Shown here piece after piece: positions 27,029-38,097 of a stretch of 64,000 bases of DNA. The stretch's first letter is position 1. Each line of letters begins with the position of its first letter. The notes under the pieces were generated by a model. It worked only from the letters and a program-made list of their open reading frames with translations. It had not been told where the DNA came from and did no database searches. The DNA comes from Marsupella aquatica (taxonomy: Eukaryota > Plantae > Marchantiophyta), in assembly GCA_973895155.1 (NCBI GenBank), contig OZ316891.1:652043-716042 (forward strand), written 5' to 3'. Position numbers and translations under genes: made by a program.

Positions 27029-27712
27029 GTTTTGGAAGACATTGTCCATATAGTCTTCGCACCACACTTAGCCATTTTTCCAACGACAAGATATTTTGCT
27101 TGAAGAATCCATTTGAGCAGGGGTAAATGACCGTGGATGTTGTGGGTTTTGGAAGACATTGTCCATATAGTCTTCGCACCACACTTAGCCATTTTTCCAA
27201 CGACATGATATTTTGCTTGAAGAAGCCATTTGAGCAGGGGTAACTGACCGTGGATGTTGTGGGTTTTGGAAGACATTGTCCATATAGTCTTCGCACCACA
27301 CTTAGCCATTTTTCCAACGACAGGATATTTCGCTTGAAGAAGCCATTTGAGCAGGGGTAAATGACCGTGGATGTTGTGGGTTTTGGAAGACATTGTCCAT
27401 ATAGTCTTCGCACCACACTTAGCCATTTTTCCAACGACAGGATATTTCGCTTGAAGAAGCCATTTGAGCAGGGGTAAATGACCGTGGATGTTGTGGGTTT
27501 TGGAAGACATTGTCCATATAGTCTTTGCACCACAATTAGCCATTTTTCCAACAACAGGATATTTCGCTCGAAGAAGCCATTTGAGTAGGGGTAAATGACC
27601 GTGGATGTTGTGGGTTTTGGAAGACATTGTCCATATAGTCTTTGCACCACACTTAGCCATTTTTCCAACGACAGGATATTTTGCTTGAAGAAGAAATTTG
27701 AGCGAGGGTACG
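27029..27712. repeat. 117-bp tandem array, about 5.8 highly similar copies, inside the MULE
   Basis: ggaagacattgtccatatagtc occurs at 27034, 27151, 27268, 27385, 27502 and 27619 (period 117). Confidence 0.97.
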
Positions 27713-27907
27713 TAAATGGCCAACACTAGCTAGTGGTTTCACACAAGATGCACATGACAACTGCAAAATAGTTTCAAAATTTGTAGAATATCTCTAAATT
27801 GTTGGAGTACAATGCTGTTGCAGACTTCAATGTCTGCAACTAAAGCAAAATTGCAATTGCTACTTCCTGTGAGCTATTATTTGAACTTGTTACCATTGTG
27901 GTGTAAA

Positions 27908-28729
27908 CTAAGTCAAGAGCTCATTGCTACAAAATACTTCCCCACAACAGGTGCACCTAAATACTTCATGCCCAGACTCATCTACTCCCAGCAACTCAAC
28001 ATTAACTCTATGACCATCTGCTTTGATAGGAGCCCTCCATTGTGCACCCATTGCACTAAATTGTCGTTGAAGCCATGCCTCCGCCTCAGAATGGGACCTA
28101 AAAGACTTGTGACTAGCTCCACTGAATTCGTTCACCTGACATTCTGCCTCCTCCCAAGTACGATATATTCCAGGATTGCGCCCCCTAGCAATGGCATACC
28201 ATTTCTTCTTTGAGGTAGAGCCTAGATCACAATTGTATGGAAGAGCAATTGACTTAGAGCGAGAGGACAAAGTCTGTGATTGTAATTTCACCCTTGTGGC
28301 AGGCTGAGTTTGCGCAACGTCAACCAATTGTGCTTGTGAGGCTGACAAAGATGGACCTGCATTAGCACCCTGGCGCTGAGCCAATACAGGTTTTGGTGGC
28401 CCAACAACAGCCACTACAGGGGAATCGTGACCCTCTGATTTTGATGGCGCTGTACTTTGAGCAAGGGGAGGCAGCCTATCTCGATTCCACACTGAAGACA
28501 AACACAAAATCTGTTCCAACATGCGATGGAGGAAGAAGAGTAGTGCACTCAAACCTGCAAATACGGTCCATATGGCAAACCCCAATGCCCAAAACAACTG
28601 AACTACAAAACCAACACTGCCTTCATTGAACTTTGCCATTGCCAAATGGCAATCTTGTCCTTGGCGCTCTCGTTGTCGCTCTCCTGTCCCTGGTGCTCTT
28701 GCTCTCTTTGGCGCTCTTGGGCGCTGCAC
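27908..28729 (-). CDS. MULE-borne protein with an N-terminal hydrophobic segment, an RNase H1 N-terminal hybrid-binding (caulimovirus viroplasmin-like) domain and a Cys-rich tail
   Basis: KKKWYAIARGRNPGIYRTWEEAECQVNEFSGASHKSFRSHSEAEAWL fits the consensus YAVxxGRxxGIYxxWxECxxQVxGFxGAxxKxFxxxxEAxxF. The ORF is uninterrupted; the real ATG is probably the MAKFNEG one. Confidence 0.85.
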   Translation of the reverse strand: MQRPRAPKRARAPGTGERQRERQGQDCHLAMAKFNEGSVGFVVQLFWALGFAIWTVFAGLSALLFFLHRMLEQILCLSSVWNRDRLPPLAQSTAPSKSEGHDSPVVAVVGPPKPVLAQRQGANAGPSLSASQAQLVDVAQTQPATRVKLQSQTLSSRSKSIALPYNCDLGSTSKKKWYAIARGRNPGIYRTWEEAECQVNEFSGASHKSFRSHSEAEAWLQRQFSAMGAQWRAPIKADGHRVNVELLGVDESGHEVFRCTCCGEVFCSNELLT

Positions 28730-29454
28730 AATCTACTCAGACCTCTCTCTCTGGCGCTGCAGTGCTGTCCTGTCCGTCCTCTACTACACTGGTCTCCTAA
28801 GACCTCCTCCCTTTGTTGTCACTCATGTGGACGACTTCAAAGACTCCGCTTTAGTCCGCTCGCAAAATGCGCACATTCTCCATGGAACACTCAATGTCGA
28901 CCAACGGTCCCGCGCGCCAATATCATTGCGGAAGTAGATTCAAATTTGAAGACATTATGGTCAATGTCTTCAATAACAATGAAGGAAGTTAAGAAGACAA
29001 CATGGTCGCTGTCTTCAAGTGCAAGCATGCATGGAAGATAAATGGGAAGACAACATTAATATGTTGTATTCATCAGAGAATAATGGTGGAAAAAAGTGAC
29101 AAGAGTCTGTTTTGATGCACAACCAAAGTTCAGTAATAAAGTAACTAGTAAGGTTCAGTAATATCAACATGATATTGTGACCCAAATCCCTGACACTTTA
29201 TTGCAGCCTCATTGGCCAATTCCATGCACCTATCAATGAAAGCTTGTGGCAATTGTTGTTCACTATTTGGGAGAAGGGGTTGAGATACAATGCTCTAGAT
29301 TGGTCCTGTGCCTGCTGTTGGTGCGGTCGATTCAATACTATATTCAGTCTGCAGTAGTTGGTCTTCCCAAGGAAAGGGTGACACAGGTGGGTGCTCCAAA
29401 TTGACTGCATCACCATTATCCACCTGCATATGAAGGCAATTTTAAAATTTGTCC

Positions 29455-32400
29455 CTAGCATGAGACCACACATGCATGAAGCCCACAAGTAATGATATAT
29501 ACTTGTAAGAAGACTGTTAATGTTGGAATCCTTACTCTTGCTGGATCTATTGGCGTCACACTATGGACTTTATCACAAGATCTTCGGTTATGTCCAACCT
29601 GCCCACACTTACTGCACCTGCACTTCCCAGTGTTAGGCCTCGCTTTCTTTGCCCTCGATTGAACAAGAACAATTGGAAGTCCAGCAATAGTGTTTGCTGT
29701 TGAAAAGGGTTCCGCCCTGTTTGGATCATCATCTAGTGGATATCTCAAGAAAAGTTGTCCAAGGGAGTCAATCATTGATTCTTCGCCTTCTCCAAGAGCC
29801 CTAGGTGGATGCCTCCCTCCACGACCCTGTTCGATGCGGACCATTCTATGTCTGCCCCTTTTCACAGCAGCCACAGGAGCAACACAATTTGGACTTGGCA
29901 TTAAGTCTGATACAATAAAGCTAGGTAAAACATTGTCATACAAAGCCCTAATTGAAGCAGTCCGCCAACATTTGTGAAAATGAGCAGAAAAGTTTCTGCC
30001 TTCTTGGTCATCCCAAGCCATTATATGCTCACATGGCCACACCATCTCTTGCAGCTCCTAACAAGTGCAACATTTCTTTGGTGACAGTGACACTAGATAC
30101 TCCTCACTTTGGGATGTAGTTTGAACCTTGGCTGTGGACGCACCATCATCAAACACCTGAGCATATGAAAACTTGGATATAATTACAAAACTATTCAAAT
30201 AAAGAATACATTCATACTAGTGTATTTAATTCAACACCGAGCTATTAAGAAGACATTGATGTTACAGTATATACAGAACACGTAGCTATTAATGCATACA
30301 CAAGACCAGGCATGAAGATTACCTGCCATTGACCAAACGTCTTGAGATTCTTGTTGTACTTGACCAGGGCTGGAATAGTGAGTACTTCCTGTCTCGCCAA
30401 CGCAACTACTTTCCTTTCTTTAAACTTTTGCTGAACATATACCCACATGCGCTCCAACAACTTGCAAGGAGCAAATTCGCGCAAGGGGAGTAAGCCTGAA
30501 TTTGCTTGCTCAGCAGGGTTGCTTGTAACCTTTGCCATGCGGGGAAGTGGAAAGGCATGCCTGGCATAAAGTTTTGCATCAAAACTTCTGATGTAGTCTA
30601 CAGCATTTGCATTCTCATATGCCTTGACGGACTCTGCCAGTCACTTCACACATGCTTCAAATCTGATACAGGTGCACAGGGAAAACATTGATGTTAATGT
30701 ATACAATCATGTCATACACAAAGAAAACATTTGCGTGAGTGATATGTACTTCACATTCTGTATTCAAGGAGAGGTAATATAATTACTATATTGAACACTG
30801 AGTATGCGGTGTATACATAAGAAGTCAAATGTATGTACAATCAAAGCAATGAAGGTTTTTGGACTTACTGTCTTTCATCGTTGGCATATATGCATCCTGT
30901 AAAAATATTTGTTGCTGCTTTGCCATGCCTGTTCTTGACATTAGCTCTCAGGTGGTTTGCACATGCTGCATGTATCTTACCTGGCCACACGTAACTCACA
31001 GCGGCAAGTAGACCTTTCTGTCGGTCTGATATGAGTGGCATGTGAGGTGATTCAATGCCGTAGAGTGATCTATCTACCAATTCCAGAAACCAGATCCAAT
31101 TATCTATGTTCTCAACTAGAGCTACTGCGTAACATAGAATCAATCCTTGGCCATTTCCACCCAAATATGTAGCTAAGAACAGTTGAGTGGGGTACTTCCT
31201 GTTCTTTGTATGACATGCATCAAGAGAGATGAGAGGTTGAATGTAGGTACATGCTTTTTGTGTAGCTGATGGGCAAATGAATGCTCGACAGAAAACGTTG
31301 GAGTTTTCCATTGGGGACCAGACTGCCACTGCACCAGGGTCAGTCTCTCTCACCCTGGCAATTAATGCCGGAATCATTTGAAACGTGTCTTCCTGCCCAC
31401 CAAGGTGCAGATCCCGTACATAGTCTTTTGCTCGCCACATTTGGTGGTAAGTGCTGTTCTTTTTATAATCCCCTTGAAATCCACAGAGTAGTTCTTTGAC
31501 CGGCACCTTCAGATTTCTACACACTCTAGGCGCCAGTGTGTCTCCTAACCACACTGCCTTTTGTGTTGGGCCCCTCCACTTGTGTTTAGATGCTGGACAA
31601 TTGTGTTTCAGCTCACACACAGTAATGATATGAGCCCCGCTGTGAGCTTGCCTGTGACATCGGACCCTGAATGGGCAGTAGGCTGAACAATCAAAACCAT
31701 CTTCATTGTACTCTGGCGGGGGCCTAAACCTAGAAAACTCCCCGCATACTCCTGTGGTAGATATCTTCCTGACTTTTACCGTGCTAGGGGCATGTGACCC
31801 AGGTAGCCACACACTGCTATGCTGCACTACTGTGCGTGGTTTCTTTGCCATCGTTGTGTTCCTCTGGAGATAGTTTGGATCCAGAGGTCCAAGGGGTGCA
31901 CGAACCTCCTATTGCAATCCACACAAAACATATTCATGTTATTGTATATGGAAAGACAGAAGACAGTGGTGTCATTGTATACAAAATACACACCACAATG
32001 GGGATGTTTATATGAAACATAGAAGACACTCATGACGTCGTATACAAAACATTGATGGTAAAATGCAAAGAAGACATTCCGGTTGAGGTATACCTGTGGA
32101 GCATTTGTGAGAACGATTGCTCCAGACTGGTTTGTTGATCCTGTCATCTGTTGAATAGCAATTTGAAACTCACGGTCTTCCATCTGCAATGGCAGCACAA
32201 ACATACCATGCATCAAAACACAGAGTGACAAGTATTACATTTCTAACCCTTCAAAAAAACCACAATGATATAGGTATGGACTCTTGGAAAGCTTTACCTC
32301 TTCCGCTGTCAATAATGGTTCTGCATAGGCATTGTGTGTCCTTCGTGTCCCCCTTGGTTTGGATGTCATTCCTCTGTCACGAAACCCACTATACTCACCG

Positions 32401-33031
32401 TAATGACTGTTATAGTGCCAATCTAATTCATGTTCATCTTCATCATCCAATTCATGGATATATAGTGAATCTTCATCTTCTGAACTATCACTACATTCAG
32501 AACTGTCTGGCCCAGGTCTGATGTCACCACTTGACTTCCTTTCATGTCGATGAGCAATCTTACTAAATCGGCAAATCCTTGTTCAAAAATTGGGGGAGGT
32601 TTTAAGTCTATACACTACTTGGCCATGCATGACAGCCCACGAGTCCAAACATCTATCAAATTCATCAAAATTGTTAAAACACTCGCCCAGATGAATGCGA
32701 GCCGCCTCTGCTTCCACTGCCAAGAGCATTGTAGAATACATAATGAAGAACGTCTACGGGAGCTCTCCACTTCAACAGTGCAAAACTTATGATTCATACG
32801 GGAGCAACTTCATACTTAAGCCAAACAAATCCTCCAAATACTAACTTGAAGCACAGTAGATTCACCTTCTTCGGGACTCTTCCCATCCAAGATTGATTTC
32901 AGATTTTTCAGATGTCTTCATGTTGTTCCCCGCCTTGCTCTTTGTGGTGATTGCCTGTCTGAATCGGGAATGTCCACCTCACAGACATCCCCTCGACGCC
33001 AAAGATTGATGTCACTTACATCATCTGCCAT
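29455..33031 (-). pseudogene. MULE/MuDR transposase (DDE, SWIM, zinc knuckle), multi-exon, with in-frame stops
   Basis: Motifs: LISLDACH (D1), YAVALVENIDNWIWFL, PLISDRQKGL (D2), CANH, TSNPAEQANS (E), SWIM CTC...WPCEH and knuckle CSKCGQVGHNRRSC. In-frame stops: TGA at 30641-30643, TAG at 30058-30060, and probably TGA at 32918-32920. The 5' exons are tentative. Confidence 0.92.
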
Positions 33032-33339
33032 CGTGTACTTCAATGTGCATATGAGTACTGTGCAGAGGTTAGTCATGTCCATTTAACGTAAAGCTCAAAA
33101 ACATTTACTAAGCCACATGCGAAAGGGCTCTGCAGCCCATGAACTGACGTCGTTTCCTGACATTGTTTGTGCCTTCAGTTTACACATTCTAACATCTGCA
33201 CAGTAGTACCTTGTTTTCCTGTGCAATCGATGGTGGTAGGTGCGTGCGTTGTGCGCCGTGCACCTCGTGGAAAGTTGAGTGTACTTGTTATCAAGCATGG
33301 ACAAAAGTTGGGATGGGAGGATATTAAAAAATGCGGAGA

Positions 33340-33835
33340 TCAGTTTACAAATAGAATACAATCATGTCAATGTATTCGCATTTGCGTAACATAACCCTAA
33401 TGTTGATCGTGGCGGCGTGGATGGGCAAATGCCCGATTTTGACTTCTAATTATGAGGTCCCGTTGCCTGATTACTGCGCGCTTGACCCTAAACCGCCCCG
33501 ACAATGTGCGCCCCGACAATGTGCGCCCTAAACATAAATTTTGTTGAAGACATAAACCACGAAGTATTCACGCTCATAAGGGACCATAGTGCGAGAACGC
33601 AAAACCGCGTAGTTGCAGCCCTATTGCAGCGGAGTCTCATGGTTGACTGCGGGAGGCGACCCTGCGTGGTGGCATGGCTCCCAACTGTGCAGTATGGCCT
33701 TTACACGGGGGAAACTGCCTTACACGGGAGAAAAGGGTACGGGCCATAATGAGGGGGCTGATTGGGGCAAAAAAGTTTGGAGGGGGCTCATCAAGTAAAT
33801 ATTCTCCTGGAGGGGGTCTATTGAGCATATCCCTC
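33340..33835 (-). repeat. Right TIR of the MULE (bipartite, with a longer unrelated spacer than the left arm)
   Basis: Reverse complement of the left TIR blocks. Confidence 0.9.
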
Positions 33836-34298
33836 AAAGTTATTGCATGAGCATTTACATTGTCTTGTTCCCTATCCAGTTCCTATCCATTTCATGATTG
33901 TACCATTATTTTATAAGGTCTCATTTTTTATCCTCCATCGTCTGGATACAAAATCAAAAAATGGTGGAGAAAATAGATCTTGGTTGTTGTATTTTATTGT
34001 TCTTCTGGCAGACCATTAAAATTCTTATTAATCCACCAGCTAGAATTGATCAAAATGATGATAAATTTCTGTCATATTACTCACAATAGTTGATTTTATC
34101 AATCAGTTGTTTTGTTTCCTAGCTGTCTCAAACCCAAATAACTTTCATTTTAATTTTTTTTTTTTTAATTCTCTAATTATTTAGAGATTAAAGAACCACA
34201 AGTCATGACCAAGAACTCTCTTCTCAATTCTCTATTTATTTATAGAATGATTAAATTCTTGATCATAAACATGAGGGTGGACATGATAGAAAATGTTA

Positions 34299-34397
34299 CA
34301 TGTACAATCTACTTTCATCTTTAATGTCTAGGCTATTAAAGAAAATATAGGCATGTATAATCTACTTTCATCGTCAATGTCTAGGCTATTAAAGAAA
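34299..34397. repeat. Approximately 53-bp tandem duplication
   Basis: catgtaYaatctactttcatc...aatgtctaggctattaaagaaa occurs twice. Confidence 0.8.
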
Positions 34398-36830
34398 GTA
34401 TTTACAGCAAAAATGCATACACCCAATGTGTTGATAAAATCAAAAAGTTAAGAATTTTTTTTAATTTTCTTGTCACATAGCTCACCACATGTTATCGTTA
34501 ATTACATTTCAAATCTATGTATTGCATCTGACGTTTCATCTGTAACATCCAGTTCCTTGCACTTCCAAACCTGATATTTGCCGGTGCGCGCTCAGGCTCA
34601 GATTTCAGATGATTCTTATACTCCTCACATAAAGAATGAACAAATATAAGAATTGAAATTCTGCAAGCTGCTCATCTGCAAAATGATAGTCTACAGACGT
34701 CCGCAATTAGGATGATTGATCTCTGATGAGATCTGCATTGTTTCAATACTTCAATGTCACTCATGCACTCTGATTTTTTCTTCTTTGCCCACGTTGTAGA
34801 TGAGGAACATGTCTACCAACATTTATCATAATTGTTCATTGATCTCATTTCTTGCCAACATCTTAAGGGGTTTACTATGGAAATCCTTGAAAACCGCATG
34901 CACATAAAATAAATACATTTGAGTGATATCCGCAAAGGTTTTTAAAAGCATAGAAGTTGAAAGTAGATAGCATATACTCGTATTCTCTAATATATGTTTT
35001 AATTAATTTTATAAACTAAATAAGGTGCTCTGTTGATAATTGAGAACATGTAACATACTAGCCAATATGTTGAGTGCGATACTTTATAATATAAAAAATC
35101 AAGTTGAGAATCCAGTGCTGCTGTATTTTTTGCAGTATTTTTTTCAAATAATTAAATAAATAAACATAACTTATTTGACAGATACAATATGTTAATATGT
35201 TAATGTAAAACTCTAAGGCAAAAAGATACAACTAGCTTCGATTGCTTGATTTGATATCATGCTGCCAATGACAACATTTGCTTGGGAGGCATCACAGACG
35301 GGATCGCAGGTGATTGTTTTTCACTCACTCTTTGGCCAATCCTTGTAAAGATTTGGAAGTACCTGGAAACACTCTGGCAAAGAAGCTCTTTTATATTTTG
35401 TTGCTCTTTCTAAAATACAATATTGATGCTTCAACAATTTTTGCAACAAACAGTGTTTCACAATTCAAAAGTTGGTCGTTTATTTTCTAACCAATCTGGA
35501 ATATGAGCACTTTGATTCCTGTATCTAAAAACTCTTCCAAGAGTTTCTGAAATTTTTAATGAATCCAATCCTAGAAAGTTACCAGCAACAATGAATTTGT
35601 CATGTGAGCATGTTGTGCTCCAAAGTTTTGTTTGTGGCTCTCACCAACAGCCATACAAACTCTCTGATCACAATCAAAATAGATGAAGAACCTCAAATCC
35701 TTGCATTTGCCTCTGCCTGTTTTTTTCCTTCTTTGTAGTTGTTGCATCAGTTCTTCCATCTTCCTGTTCAATTCAATCTTCATTGCTTGCTTGTGTTGAT
35801 GAGCCTTTCAAAGCTGTTGATCAATGTTTGGCATCACTCCTTTTGAGTACCTTGAAATTTTTCATGCAAGTAAGCTATGCTTCAACATTTGGTTTGTGGC
35901 TCTTTGAGTAACAACCATACAAACTATATTATGTGAACATATGCATTCTGACTCCTATACAATATGACTCTTCCAAAAGTCTATAAAAGTTTCAAAGTCC
36001 ACTCTTAATTTGTTGGCTGCAACTTACAATAAAGTTTTCTGAGAAGTTTTTATGCAAGTAGTATGTTGTGTTCATACTTCTAGTTTGCTCTTGAGTTTGC
36101 GGCTCTCTGAGTATCAACCATACAAATTTTCCAATTATAATTTGCCACTGGAAAACTCCAAATGCCTGCATCTGCTTTTGGAAACCCTGCAAACTAGCAT
36201 GTCATAATTCAGAAAGCTTTTCCTGGGACCCCTGCTTATGTAATCAAAGGTAGGGGTGCAAATAAATGTAGGCATTTTAAATTCCAATTAAGGTTAATCA
36301 TTATGAATTTTGTTCTCTATGTAGGGGCTATAAAAATAACAAACTTAGAGTATAATTTTAAAAAAAGGAAATCTGTGAAACCCCATAGAAAGGGAAGAGT
36401 GAGTCACAATAGTTGAACCCAAGACCTATCAGTCTCTACTCAAGTGAGCTACCACAAAGCCATGCTACATGTATACAAAATTTAAGGGTATAAAATTATG
36501 AAAGTTTTACATCTACCAAGGTATTTTAAAACTAAAAAAATTGAGAAAATAATCATTATACATATTTTTAGTTTTCTGGTTTGTATGTTTGTACATATTT
36601 ATCTTGAATGTCAACTTTCAAAATGTAGGAGCTAGGCATGCTCAATACAAAATATGTATTTTTGATGGAGATTAGCTAAATTTTTAAAGGCGTAGGCGGC
36701 ATATGAAGGTATTTTAAGCTCAAATTTATATAATATTCTCTAATATGTAATTTTCATAAAGTAAAATTTATAATTAATATTGAATATGGAAAATATTTTA
36801 GAATATTCTTTTTATAAAATATATTATTTA

Positions 36831-38097
36831 TGTTAGGCTAGGATCACACGTGGTACTCTAAAATATACACCAAGTTAACCTCTTGAGGGATTCACTCTTA
36901 CTCGGGCCAAAGAAAAGTTTTCAAAACTATCAAAGTCACGCTTGACAATAAGGGTTTACCCACTCAAAAAAACTGTCAAGGGTACTTATAATGACAAGGG
37001 TACAATGGTGGACCTAGTCACCCAGCGCCCTCACCAATCCCAACACCCACGCCTAAGTGCCCTTGGTGCCCAAATGCCTCCATGGAACTCATCGAGCAAG
37101 CAAGTTGATGCCCAAATAACATAGCTTGTCCCAAAGCTTGTCCCAAGCTTGTCCTAAAACAACATGACCAGAATGGCCCCGACCACTATCAACCAACTCA
37201 AGGTTCCCGCTCAATTGACAGTCTAGGGCCCAAGTGAGTTGGAACTCAATCTCCATGCCTACAATGCTTTGCCTCCCCAACACAAGCTCCCATGGGAAAT
37301 TGAAGCCGACTTGGCTGTTGTTTCGGAAAAATTTGGCAAGCAGGCGAGAGAGTCCCTGCAAACCCCAAGAATCCTTGGCACCCCTAGGCCTAGCTAAGCT
37401 CAAGAGGATGTAGTCCTCCTTATTAAGATCTTTCCAACACATCCAGTCCCCCAATGGACTTCCCATTGAGAAGTTATCATCGTTTCCGTTTGGTGTTCCC
37501 TCTTGGTGTCACGGTCGTCGCGACTCACAACTTGGGCTTGCCCTTGGCCCCTTGGGAGACACCACTCCCCTCATATATGCTTCTGGAGACCTGCCACCCC
37601 CAGAACTACTTTGGTACTCATATTTTGGCCCAGCCCGCACACATGGGCATGCAACTAACTTGCTATGCCCATAACTTTCTAGCTAGAGTCTGTAGGCGGA
37701 GTGCCTTAGCCCGTTGTTATCAGGTTGACCTAGTAGGCATGCCTAGGCTCTCAAAACCCGTCATCACTCGGGGCCCGCATCTGGGCCGCGGCGAATCTCA
37801 TGTGCCAAGCTAGCGTCTGTTGCACTTGAAGTAAACTTCGTTAGCCTTGGGCCCAAGAGGAACTCTCACTCAAGGGCCCTTAGAACTCAAAGTCTGTCCG
37901 GGGGTCCAGATGGTCCACCTTGAGCCCGACCCCTTCCCATGACCTGACCAGCCCCAAGCTAGTCTAAGTCATTAGTGTGCGTCACCAGCTTAGCGTCTTG
38001 CCCTTGCTAGTGCAATGCCTTGTTGCTCACTAGTTTCCCCATACTTAGTCCTCACCGGATGGTCATTCTGGGGCTTGGACCATAGGGGAGCTTAACA
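36831..38097. mobile_element. Probable LTR remnant, about 1.27 kb
   Basis: A sharp GC-richer block in AT-rich DNA, bounded by TGTTAGGCT...AGCTTAACA inverted termini. There is no matching TSD (attta vs ttgga). Confidence 0.5.

Larger units (their letters stand above)
20926..33835. mobile_element. Full-length Mutator-like DNA transposon (MULE), 12,910 bp
   Basis: TIRs begin GAGGGATATGCTCAATAGACCCCCT and the reverse complement ends at 33835. A perfect 10-bp TSD AAAGTTATTG lies at 20916-20925 and 33836-33845. A MULE transposase is present inside. Confidence 0.97.

Noticed and set aside
27029-27712. CRISPR-like array
   Set aside because: Units repeat along their whole length with no unique spacers, there are no cas genes, and the context is eukaryotic.
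26916-27726. 250-aa and 237-aa ORFs with 39-aa repeats
   Set aside because: By-product of the 117-bp (multiple of 3) array. Two frames are open, there is no domain signal, and both ORFs are essentially confined to the repeat.
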